From Eubacteriales bacterium (GTDB taxonomy: Bacteria; Bacillota; Clostridia; Oscillospirales; RGIG5299), in contig JAZQKU010000043.1 in NCBI GenBank assembly GCA_045542315.1, positions 3,041 to 67,040 on the forward strand: DNA of 64,000 nucleotides, written 5' to 3'. Positions within the stretch are counted from its first letter, which is position 1, and each line of letters starts with the position of its first letter. This document shows positions 27,226-35,368 of this stretch, one piece after another. Under the pieces are notes generated by a model. The model was not told the DNA's origin. It saw only the letters and a list, made by a program, of their open reading frames with translations, and did not search any database. The translations under genes were made by a program, and so were the position numbers.

Positions 27226-27984
27226 ATGTGGTTTTATAGGGATGATATAACAAGACCTACAATTTCTGCTGAAGAACAAGTTGAGTCTTCGCATGGAAAA
27301 AAGGATGCTTTTGTGCTTCCAAAAACAGTAGTACTGTTATATATGAGCGGCATTGAGTTTATAAAAGAACGATATGATGTTGAACTAATAACGGAACGTT
27401 TCCCAAGATTTCTTAATGCTTGCCCTATTTATAAGATTAAAGGACACAATGATATTTGCTTCTTAGATGGTGGAAGAGGTGCTCCACAAGCGGCAGATAC
27501 ATTGGAAACTTTGAAAGCATTAGGCATTGAGAATGTTGTTTCAGTAGGGATGATTGGTGGTTATTCAAGTTTAATTAATGTAGGAGATATTATCATTCCA
27601 CCACTTGCATATTCCGAAGAAGGTACGTCTCTACATTATTTTGAAAATGAAGAATATTATAAGCCTAATGAAAAACTATTTAAAGCGGCAGTTGGGTTTG
27701 TTGAAAATTGCAAACAACATTCAATTGTATCAACAGATGCGGTATATCGACAAACATTTTATAAAGAAGCACTATGGAGAAAAAAAGGTGCAGTAGGTGT
27801 TGATATGGAAACATCTGCATTATTTAGTGTTGGAAATTATTTGGATTTAAACGTAGTTGCTTTGTTAATGGTATCTGATATTCATCCTTTAGATGAGAAC
27901 GAAAATAAATGGTCGTGGAAAATGACCAAAGAAATGAGAAAAGAAGTTATTTATAAGGCGATTGATTTTGCTTTATCTATTTAG
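27226..27984 (+). CDS. PNP/UDP family 1 nucleoside phosphorylase-like protein
   Basis: GGRGAPQAADTLETLKALGIENVVSVGMIGG, INVGDIII, EGTSLHY and GVDMETSALF parallel the uridine/purine nucleoside phosphorylase motifs. Very AT-rich codon usage. Confidence 0.8.
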   Translation: MWFYRDDITRPTISAEEQVESSHGKKDAFVLPKTVVLLYMSGIEFIKERYDVELITERFPRFLNACPIYKIKGHNDICFLDGGRGAPQAADTLETLKALGIENVVSVGMIGGYSSLINVGDIIIPPLAYSEEGTSLHYFENEEYYKPNEKLFKAAVGFVENCKQHSIVSTDAVYRQTFYKEALWRKKGAVGVDMETSALFSVGNYLDLNVVALLMVSDIHPLDENENKWSWKMTKEMRKEVIYKAIDFALSI

Positions 27985-28018
27985 GATAGATAAATTCCAA
28001 TTTGTCGCTCTCTTATAA

Positions 28019-28091
28019 TAAACAAAACACCTTATGACTGTGGTCATAGGGTGTTTTGTTTATGATGGCGGGACCCTTTTGGGTCCCGGCT
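28019..28091 (+). terminator. two tandem hairpin terminators
   Basis: AACAAAACACCTTATGAC / GTCATAGGGTGTTTTGTT, then CGGGACCC-TTTT-GGGTCCCG followed by TAATTTTA. Confidence 0.65.
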
Positions 28092-28410
28092 AATTTTATA
28101 CCTTTTCTTGATTTTTATTTAAAACATTGTCATGCTATATTTGTATTCAATAATACAATGAAGGAGCAATATTAGAGAAAAAATGAAGGAGGAATATTTT
28201 ATATCTTTGAAAATCACACACAAGAAAACACACACATTAAACCCCAATCATGTGTTGTGTGCCAATGCTTGACTGTAAACGACCTCAAAGGCACACTTCC
28301 CATGATGTTCAATCGTAAAATCGTTGTATCGGGCGATTTTGGTTGAACACCCCAACCGACACGATAAGGTCGGTTTATCGGCGGTAGTTCCTATCGCTGT
28401 TTTGGGATAG

Positions 28411-28700
28411 CGGAGCGACGGCACCGTTATCTTTTATCTGAACAGTTAAACGATACATATATTATTTTTTAGGGTGTCGGTCAATGGGTCGGCACCTTAA
28501 AAATTACATAAATTATGTCGCCATTAACGGCGCGACGTTTACGATCGCGACGACAATGGCGACAAATACCACGAAAGGAGCGACAAAACAATGTCAAAAT
28601 CGTTATTCTATCAATTTAACTCTGCTTTGGACATGTGCTTTGTTTTGCATTTTGACAAGCATAGCGACAAGCACAACCCACAAGCAGATAGCGACCACAT
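28411..28700. repeat. cluster of about 8 GCGAC-core motifs around the tyrosine recombinase start
   Basis: GAGCGACGG, GTCGCC (rc), GGCGCGACG, ATCGCGACGAC, TGGCGACAA, AGCGACAA, TAGCGACAA and TAGCGACCA all fall within 290 bp. Confidence 0.45.
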
Positions 28701-29478
28701 AATAAAATCGTTGTCGGCAAAGAGCAACCTCAAAGACTTTGCTCACGACTTCGTCGCATTTATTAAAAACGAATATGGGGTCAAGCAAGTAAAGGAAATT
28801 ACCCCCGATATGTGCCAATCGTATATAGAGCGAAAAGTAGATGAGGGTTGTTCTTTGAAAACGATTAAGACCTACCAAAGCAATCTGCTCAAACTGTCAA
28901 AGTGTGCAAACAAAGCCTTCAACATTCGCACCGACTATGCGGTGTCGGTTGACGAAAGCAAGATTGAGAAAACCGAGACGATAAAGCAATACTCTTTCAC
29001 CCGTGAGGAAATGCAAAAGATACTCGCAGCCCCTCGTCAATGCGAAAGTCTGTCGGCACTACGGCTGGCATACGATTTGGGGCTTCGTGTCGGGTCTCTG
29101 TCCCGTTTAGAGGTTCGACACATAAACTTTCAAGATAATACCTTACTTGTCTACAAGGACAAAGGGAATAGGTCCAGAGTGCTACAAATGAACGACGAGA
29201 CCGCAAAGTTTCTCCGTCAGCAAATAAAGGGCAAAGACCCCCAAAGCAAGGTTTTCTCGGTGAAACCGTCAAGCATCAACACATATTTGCGGAGACGATG
29301 CACCGCCCTCAATCTCCGCGCCCCGAATGGCGAAATAAAGTCGGGGGTGCACTCAATCCGCAAGTTATGGGCAGAGGAGTTTGCCGAAAAAAACGGGGTC
29401 GCAAAAACGATGGTCGCACTCGGTCACGGGGAGCAAAGGAGCGATTTGGAGCAGACCTACCTGCATAGCAAAAAATAA
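28591..29478 (+). CDS. tyrosine-type site-specific recombinase/integrase
   Basis: C-terminal catalytic pattern: LGLRVGSL (R), HSIRKLWA (HxxR), LGHGEQRSDLEQTYL (H...Y). Confidence 0.8.
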   Translation: MSKSLFYQFNSALDMCFVLHFDKHSDKHNPQADSDHIIKSLSAKSNLKDFAHDFVAFIKNEYGVKQVKEITPDMCQSYIERKVDEGCSLKTIKTYQSNLLKLSKCANKAFNIRTDYAVSVDESKIEKTETIKQYSFTREEMQKILAAPRQCESLSALRLAYDLGLRVGSLSRLEVRHINFQDNTLLVYKDKGNRSRVLQMNDETAKFLRQQIKGKDPQSKVFSVKPSSINTYLRRRCTALNLRAPNGEIKSGVHSIRKLWAEEFAEKNGVAKTMVALGHGEQRSDLEQTYLHSKK

Positions 29479-29529
29479 TTTTAAAATTTTTTGAAAAAGG
29501 GGTCAAAAATACTTGCAATTTAATTTTTT

Positions 29530-29775
29530 ATAAGTTATATAGTTATATATACTTAACTTTTAGGTATTATAGGTATATAACTTTTTTAGGTTATATAGAT
29601 ATTAACTTACATAAGTTAGTAGGTAAAACACTTACTTATAAGGTTTATAGTTAAATCGCTTACATAAAGGTACATAGGCAGATTACTTTGAAAAGGTTTT
29701 AGTTATAACCCTTATTAAAGGTGTTTGTGTAGATATATAACTTAAATGGGTTGAGAAGTTAGATACTTTACAACG
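29530..29775 (+). repeat. AT-rich iteron-like direct repeat array
   Basis: Eight AGGT-initiated units (29562, 29571, 29588, 29621, 29641, 29668, 29694, 29719). Most carry AGTTA/TAACTTA-like second boxes. A palindrome AACTTA-CA-TAAGTT sits at 29604-29617. Confidence 0.6.
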
Positions 29776-29842
29776 GATAATGAATATACTCCTTTTGATT
29801 AGAAAAGTTTAAGTAAATAAACAAAAAGGAGTGTAAGTTTCA

Positions 29843-30193
29843 ATGCTTTCACAAAAACTAAACAATCTTTATGAAAATTATTTTTTAGGTGGTTACATTT
29901 CAAACTTGATTGATAACCCCAACAAACCCTATCTTTCTATCGCCATGAAGTCATATGACAAGGACAAGAGCAAAACTGTCTTTATTATGATTTTCAAAAT
30001 GTCGGGGTATGGCGATAGCAAATACCCGAACCCGACGGCACAAATCGTCAAAGATGCCTTTGAGAAACATATCCCCATTTCCTGTGTCTATTACGATGAC
30101 GGCAAAGGCGGAAACAAAATGTCCTGCTGCTATGCGAACTTCTCGGCAGATAAATATGCCGAAGTTCCCGTTGCCGACGAAATGCCGTTTTAA
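29843..30193 (+). CDS. hypothetical protein, possibly a divergent SSB-like OB-fold protein
   Basis: 116 aa. The C-terminus ...VADEMPF resembles the acidic D-D-D-I/L-P-F SSB tip, and the N-terminal LGGYISNLIDNPNKPYLSIAM pattern resembles an OB fold. This is a weak assignment. Confidence 0.35.
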   Translation: MLSQKLNNLYENYFLGGYISNLIDNPNKPYLSIAMKSYDKDKSKTVFIMIFKMSGYGDSKYPNPTAQIVKDAFEKHIPISCVYYDDGKGGNKMSCCYANFSADKYAEVPVADEMPF

Positions 30194-30206
30194 CGGGGGT
30201 ATGGAT

Positions 30207-30521
30207 ATGAATAAAAACAGATTTGACTTTGCCATATTAAACTGCCGTGAAATCGGCACTCATTTTGAAGGCAATCGCTATTGTTTTACTAGGCTTCCCG
30301 AATTAGAAATAGTTTCGTTTGCCAACTTCAAGTACGAAGACTACAAGCAAATAAACCAAGCATTAGAGGACGATACCTATACACATATATTTTATTCCAT
30401 TGATGACGATAGGTTGCATACAGATAAGTATGACGAATACCGAGACAGAACATATCCCGTATATTATATTGATAGAGACCACTTTGATAAATATTGGAAA
30501 CCCCAAATATTAGAAGGCTAA
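30207..30521 (+). CDS. hypothetical protein
   Basis: 104 aa. ATG 30207 follows GGGGG. No family recognised. Confidence 0.5.
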   Translation: MNKNRFDFAILNCREIGTHFEGNRYCFTRLPELEIVSFANFKYEDYKQINQALEDDTYTHIFYSIDDDRLHTDKYDEYRDRTYPVYYIDRDHFDKYWKPQILEG

Positions 30522-30530
30522 CCAAAGAAA

Positions 30531-30565
30531 GACTGTGCATTGTTGCACAGCCTTTTATTATTTTA
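30531..30565 (+). terminator. rho-independent terminator just inside the right end of the element
   Basis: CTGTGCA-TTGT-TGCACAG stem followed by CCTTTTATTATTTT. Confidence 0.6.
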
Positions 30566-30574
30566 CTATATGCA

Positions 30575-30596
30575 CAATAAAAATCTTATTTAGGTA
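30575..30596 (+). other. attR-like junction (inner 16-bp arm plus GGTA core)
   Basis: CAATAAAAATCTTATT (30575-30590), then TA, then GGTA (30593-30596). cotJC codons resume at ACC 30596-30598. Confidence 0.6.
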
Positions 30597-31015
30597 CCGA
30601 GGAGCTCGGACATATTGAGATGGTAAGCAGCATCGTTTATCAGCTCACCCGCGGGCTTACTCCCGAGGAGATCAAGAAAAGCGGCTTTGACGCCTATTTT
30701 ATAGAGCATACCACGGGAATTTACCCGGTGGCGGCTTCGGGCGAGCCGTTTAACGCAGTGGGATTCCAATCAACCGGTGACATTATCGCCGACCTCCACG
30801 AGGATATGGCGGCGGAGCAGAAGGCGCGAAAGAGCTACGATAACCTTATTACCCTTATCGACGATCCCGACGTGCTTGACCCCCTCAAATATCTTCGCGA
30901 GCGCGAGATAGTGCATTTCCAGCGCTTCGGCGAGGCGCTTCGGGTGGTCGAGGAGGGCTTGAACCCCAAAAATTTTTATTACACAAATCCCTCGTTCCCT
31001 ACCAAGAGAATGTGA
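30597..31015 (+). pseudogene. cotJC: cotJC 3' fragment (about 140 aa)
   Basis: The frame reads (G)TEELGHIEMVSSIVYQLTRGLTPEE...DLHEDMAAEQKARKSYDNL...LREREIVHFQRFGEAL, which are Mn-catalase/CotJC motifs. It is in frame with the 5' fragment when 25049 is joined to 30596. Confidence 0.85.
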
Positions 31016-31030
31016 AAAAGAAAACCCGCC

Positions 31031-31056
31031 CGTTACGGGCGGTTTTCGATTTATAT
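31031..31056. terminator. bidirectional terminator after cotJC
   Basis: CCGCCCG-TTA-CGGGCGG stem flanked by AAAA and TTTT. Confidence 0.6.
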
Positions 31057-32745
31057 TGACTTTAGAAAATCCCCGTAAACCCTCGTAAGCTCTCCCATGA
31101 TAAGCGAGTTATCCTTAAGAAGCGGGATATACCACAAAAGGAAAAGGACAAAGAGCACCGCAACCGGCAAAAGACATTTGAGCGCCTTTATGGCGTGCGA
31201 TCTCAGTGAGGGGATGTTAAGACGAAGATCGGCAAGCGAATAGAATGCAAAAACGCCGTAAACTATAGCAAACCACGGAAGCAGGTAGCGGCTTTCCATT
31301 TTTGTAAGACAGGAGACGGCACCCGAGAGCACTATTGCCAAAACGGGAACGAGGGTGAAAAAGTTGTGACGTGCGCGCTCGCGCTTTCCCTTGGTTTTGA
31401 AAAATTTGAAAACGGCGCTGGAAACGGTGACCACAAAGCAGGAAATCATAAAGATACTCAATGCCGCGCGCTCGAAAAAGCCGGTAGTGAGGTCGGTAAC
31501 GTAGCTTTCGCCGTAGGTCGCGACCATTCCGAGAAATGCGGAGTTAAGCCACGATTCGATATACCATTTCGGGTGACTGAGAACGGAGCTGAAATAGCTT
31601 TCGTAGTCAAAGCATTTTTCGTAGCCCTCGAAGGGGGAGTTGGGATATACGGCGGCGTAGATCTCGTGGGTGTTGAAGTCACGTACCCAGAAATCGACCT
31701 TGAGCATTGTGGCAAGGCCGTGGGCGTTAAAAAGCACCAAGGGGTATTCGACCCCTTCGGCCGCAAGCGGATAGGTCTGGGTCTGCACCTGCCAATCGCT
31801 TTTGTTAAGATGCGCCCTGTTTATTATTACCTGCGGTATCATTATCAAAACGACGCCGAGGATAACGGCAGATATCTTGAGAGCCTTTCTTGCTCCGTTT
31901 AAAACTATTCTGAAAACGGGCTTCAGGCTACTTATTTTATCGGGTATTTTTTTGAAAAATCCCCTCGTAATGCCGAAAAAGGAGTGGACCTCGCGGGTTG
32001 CAAATATCTTTAACGCCGTCATTGCTATCATTGCAAAAAGGAAGATGAGATAGATCTGGCGGAGATTATAGGCCGCCGCGGCGGAGAGGCCAACGAGAAA
32101 AGCCGATAAAAGACGGAAACGTCCGTCGTCCATCTTGAAATATGCGGTAAGCGATATAAAGATAAAGCAAAGGGCGGGAATATCGGTCAACGGGTGAGCA
32201 AAGTCGCCGCCGAAGAAGATCAAGAGAAGCAAGATAAATACTCCGAGAGAGAGGAAGGAAAACCTTTTCTTGAATGCTTTGCAAAAGACGTAGGGAGCAA
32301 CGAAGGTAAAGATTACCGCCGAGAAAAGTGCGTAGCTGAAATAATAGGCGGAAACGGGGTCGATAAAGCCCAAAAAATCGGTTGCAAAGCGCACGAAAAG
32401 AAAGACTGTAAAGGAGGCGAGGTAGCCTCTTGCATAGGAGGTGTAGTGAGCAAAGGAAAAGACCTTATCGGTGTTTACAAACACCTTGGCGCTGTTCCAA
32501 TATCCGTGTGCGTCGCCCGTAAACTGCGGGGGACGGTGGGCGTTCATCGTGGCGTAGATCGCGTAAAAGACCGCGAAAAAGAAAAGTATTTTAAGCAAAA
32601 GCTCAAAAATACCCTTGCCCGTCTCTCTTTCGGAAAGCGGACTTTCGGATCTGTCTTTGAATAATCTCAAAGCAGCTGAAAACGGCTTGCCGACGGCTTC
32701 GAAAATACCGTCACGCAATTTTGAGAACGTCGCGGAAAAGAACAT
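31051..32745 (-). CDS. large polytopic membrane protein (possible GT-C type glycosyltransferase)
   Basis: 564 aa and at least 12 TM helices. The function is a guess from architecture only. Confidence 0.4.
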   Translation of the reverse strand: MFFSATFSKLRDGIFEAVGKPFSAALRLFKDRSESPLSERETGKGIFELLLKILFFFAVFYAIYATMNAHRPPQFTGDAHGYWNSAKVFVNTDKVFSFAHYTSYARGYLASFTVFLFVRFATDFLGFIDPVSAYYFSYALFSAVIFTFVAPYVFCKAFKKRFSFLSLGVFILLLLIFFGGDFAHPLTDIPALCFIFISLTAYFKMDDGRFRLLSAFLVGLSAAAAYNLRQIYLIFLFAMIAMTALKIFATREVHSFFGITRGFFKKIPDKISSLKPVFRIVLNGARKALKISAVILGVVLIMIPQVIINRAHLNKSDWQVQTQTYPLAAEGVEYPLVLFNAHGLATMLKVDFWVRDFNTHEIYAAVYPNSPFEGYEKCFDYESYFSSVLSHPKWYIESWLNSAFLGMVATYGESYVTDLTTGFFERAALSIFMISCFVVTVSSAVFKFFKTKGKRERARHNFFTLVPVLAIVLSGAVSCLTKMESRYLLPWFAIVYGVFAFYSLADLRLNIPSLRSHAIKALKCLLPVAVLFVLFLLWYIPLLKDNSLIMGELTRVYGDFLKSI

Positions 32746-32756
32746 AATATCTCTCC

Positions 32757-33818
32757 TTATTTTACTCCAAGCTCGTTAAGTGCCTTTAATACCTTTATTG
32801 CCATTCTTGAAAAGCCGAGATCGTTGGGGTGACAGCCGTCGGTGGTGCAGCCGTCCTTGAAGCGGCCGTCAAAGACGTGTTTGCCGTCAACGAAGGCAAC
32901 CCTGTCGCCTCGCTCCTTGGCGATGCGGTAGGTTTCCATAATTATATTGCGGCGCTCGAAATCGTCGGAATCGTCGCCGCGGTAGTCGGGCTTTGAAAGG
33001 ATTACGATGGGAAGGTCGGGATTTTTCTCTCTTACGCGCTCGTAGCAGGCAAGATGGGTATCTCTTAAAAAGTCTATGGTAGGACAGTTGTGATCGTAAT
33101 CGTAAACGTATGCGGTGAGGTCAAGAGTGTTTATGTAGTCTGCCATAATTATCTCGCCCTGACAGCTTCCCGAAAAGCCGAGGTTTATCATGGGAGCGTC
33201 AAGCTCGCGGCAGACTATGGTGGGGTAAGCGGTGCCGGGGTGCGAGCAGCAGCCGCCCTGGGTTATGGAGGAGCCGTAGAAGCAGATGGGCTTCTCGTTT
33301 TTGAAGGGGGTGGGCGGCAAAAGCTTGCTTCCCTCTTTAACGCCGACCGATATCGAAAGCACCTCGGCGTAGGTGGGCAGGTTTATGGTGATTTCCTTGA
33401 GGCCGGGCTTCAAATTTAGGGTGACCACGTTTTCCTTTTCGTTTTCCGAAGGAATAACGTTGCCGGCAAAACGCTTGTTTTTACCCTTGCCTATATAAAC
33501 GTCCATTCCCGCAAGACCTATCATTGAAAAATGAGGATAGGGATAGATGCCCGAGAGAGTGGATTTCACCGCAAGGGTGTCGGAGTCGGTCATAAATCTT
33601 ATCATACCGCCTGTCGAGCACACCTGCATATTTTTAACGCCCCAGAAAAGGTTGGGATCGTCCTGAAGCGCGGTGGGAAGTCTTCTGTAATTTCCGTTCT
33701 TTTCCTTGTTGGGAAGACCCGAAAAATCAAAAGGGGGCAAATTGGGGTCAAAATAAACTATTCCGTTTTCGTTTGCTATAGGTGCGGCAAAATTCTTATC
33801 TACGTCTGTAAGCTTCAT
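32757..33818 (-). CDS. SGNH/GDSL hydrolase family protein with N-terminal beta-sandwich
   Basis: Block I FYGSSITQG and block V DGCHPND. Confidence 0.75.
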   Translation of the reverse strand: MKLTDVDKNFAAPIANENGIVYFDPNLPPFDFSGLPNKEKNGNYRRLPTALQDDPNLFWGVKNMQVCSTGGMIRFMTDSDTLAVKSTLSGIYPYPHFSMIGLAGMDVYIGKGKNKRFAGNVIPSENEKENVVTLNLKPGLKEITINLPTYAEVLSISVGVKEGSKLLPPTPFKNEKPICFYGSSITQGGCCSHPGTAYPTIVCRELDAPMINLGFSGSCQGEIIMADYINTLDLTAYVYDYDHNCPTIDFLRDTHLACYERVREKNPDLPIVILSKPDYRGDDSDDFERRNIIMETYRIAKERGDRVAFVDGKHVFDGRFKDGCTTDGCHPNDLGFSRMAIKVLKALNELGVK

Positions 33819-33835
33819 TGCACTGTTTCCTCAAT

Positions 33836-34276
33836 TTATGCCTTTTCAAAGGTGAAAAGATATGCGTTGTCATCGTCGCTCCACTCGATGGTGAGGGTAT
33901 AGAGGTTTTCGCCGACGGCTACAACGTCAACGCCGCCCGCGTCGGTAACGGTTATCTTAAGGGTAAAGCTTCCGCTTGTTTTGGTAACGCTACCTTCGGA
34001 AACGGTCACGTCGGAGACGGTGGGCTGTGCCCAGGCGCCGTAGGTATCGACGGGAGCGCTTCCGAGCGTTTCCATCATAACCACGTTATTGGTCTTGACG
34101 GCGTTTGCAAAGGCTGCCGCCTTTTCTCTTATTTCGGTTGAAAGGTCGGTTTCGGGAACCGAAGAGGCGGGAACGCTTGATTCGGGAACAGAGGACTCTC
34201 CTCCGCCTGTGCTACCGCATGCGGCAAAGGAAAGGGTAAAGGACAAGGCTAAAAGCATTAAAACGATTTTTTTCAT
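33836..34276 (-). CDS. hypothetical lipoprotein
   Basis: Lipobox LSFAAC with an S/V/P-rich linker. Confidence 0.6.
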   Translation of the reverse strand: MKKIVLMLLALSFTLSFAACGSTGGGESSVPESSVPASSVPETDLSTEIREKAAAFANAVKTNNVVMMETLGSAPVDTYGAWAQPTVSDVTVSEGSVTKTSGSFTLKITVTDAGGVDVVAVGENLYTLTIEWSDDDNAYLFTFEKA

Positions 34277-34283
34277 TTTCCTT

Positions 34284-34763
34284 TCAGAGCGAGGCGCGCT
34301 CGTTAAGATATTCTTCGATTATGTCTGCGGCGCTTTTTACAAGCTCACCGCAGGGACGCTTTTTGTAATATTCGGGGCTTCTTGTCTCGGGATTTCCTCC
34401 GGGTGCGGCGTTGACGCCTTCAAGAAGCTCACGGCAGATTATAGAGCCGTTTTCCGCCTTGAATTTATCGGCGATCTCTCTTACCTTTGCGTAAAGAGCC
34501 ATCTTTCCCTCACTGTCGGCGGGGTCGGTGTATTTTTCGGTAAGACCCAAAACCATAAAGCTTCCGCTTACCGCTCCGCAGACCTCTCTCATTCTGCCCA
34601 TACCGCCGCCGAAGGGAGCGGCGAGCGCCGAGAGAGTCTCCTCGGGTATATCAAAAAGGTCGGCAAATGAGAGCGCCACCGCCTGCGAGCAGGTATAGCC
34701 GCTTTCAAAAAGTGCCTTTGCTTTTTCTCCTCTTGTCATTTTGTCATTACTCCTTTTCGTCAA
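34284..34763 (-). CDS. C_GCAxxG_C_C family protein
   Basis: GYTCSQAV ... FGGGMGRMREVCGAVSG ... C...LV pattern. Confidence 0.8.
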   Translation of the reverse strand: MTKRSNDKMTRGEKAKALFESGYTCSQAVALSFADLFDIPEETLSALAAPFGGGMGRMREVCGAVSGSFMVLGLTEKYTDPADSEGKMALYAKVREIADKFKAENGSIICRELLEGVNAAPGGNPETRSPEYYKKRPCGELVKSAADIIEEYLNERASL

Positions 34764-35322
34764 ACTTCTTCGAGCTTTCGGTGAGATAACCCATAAAGCT
34801 CATATAAACGCCCTCGGGGTCTGCTTTGAAAAGACGGCAAAGGGCTTTCGCCTGACCGATGCTCGGCATATAGAGGGTGGTGTCAAATATTTTCATCGTT
34901 TCGTCGTTTAAGGAAAGCCTTACCATATATCCCATGGGGACCTCCTTTATTTCGGTTACGACCGACTCCTTGCGGATTATGGCGGCAAGGGTGGCGGCGG
35001 CGGAAACGTCGGCCTTATCGCGGATAGACTTCGGAATGTGCCTCTCAAGCTGAGAAAGCGCCGAAAAGCCCTTTGCGGTGGGACTGTAGTAATTCTCGCC
35101 GTCGATATCGGTCCTGTCCATAAGGCCGTCTTTAACAAGCTCCTTTAAGCAGCCTGTCATATCGAAATAGTTGCATAGCTCCTCGTAACGGACGGTGTCG
35201 GTTATTTCGGTAAGGGTCATCGGACGGCGAACCGAAATAAAAATATAAAGCAGTAAGAGCTTTATCTGCTCGGGGTCGTTCAATGCTCCGAGATTAAGAT
35301 CCTCATCAAAAAATTTTTTCAT
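34747..35322 (-). CDS. DUF4364-like protein
   Basis: 191 aa with N-terminal IKLLLLYIF...MTLTEITD winged-helix-like region. The family name is from recall. Confidence 0.55.
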   Translation of the reverse strand: MKKFFDEDLNLGALNDPEQIKLLLLYIFISVRRPMTLTEITDTVRYEELCNYFDMTGCLKELVKDGLMDRTDIDGENYYSPTAKGFSALSQLERHIPKSIRDKADVSAAATLAAIIRKESVVTEIKEVPMGYMVRLSLNDETMKIFDTTLYMPSIGQAKALCRLFKADPEGVYMSFMGYLTESSKKFDEKE

Positions 35323-35339
35323 AACATTACCTCAACTTG

Positions 35340-35368
35340 TTGCAATTCCACGGAAAAAGTGGTAAAAT
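35340..35368 (+). promoter_or_regulatory. sigma-A type promoter with extended -10
   Basis: TTGCAA, 17 bp spacer, TGG-TAAAAT. Confidence 0.5.

Larger units (their letters stand above)
25051..30596 (+). mobile_element. 5.5-kb intervening element inserted in cotJC (serine-recombinase type, composite)
   Basis: It interrupts an otherwise contiguous ORF, is AT-richer than the flanks, and encodes a serine and a tyrosine recombinase. Both flanks share a GGTA core. Confidence 0.85.

Noticed and set aside
28183-28272. 29-aa ORF (MKEEYFISLKITHKKTHTLNPNHVLCANA) with AAGGAGG embedded in its own 5' end, and the listed 28484-28702 ORF
   Set aside because: The apparent RBS is inside the ORF and there is no supporting evidence. 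The 28484 ORF overlaps the tyrosine recombinase start in another frame and lies over the GCGAC repeat region. Both are treated as non-coding.
29520-29780. Repeat-rich AT region considered as a possible CRISPR array
   Set aside because: The repeats are short (about 10 bp cores), degenerate and irregularly spaced (9-33 bp). There are no unique spacers of constant length and no cas genes. The region fits iterons or binding sites better.
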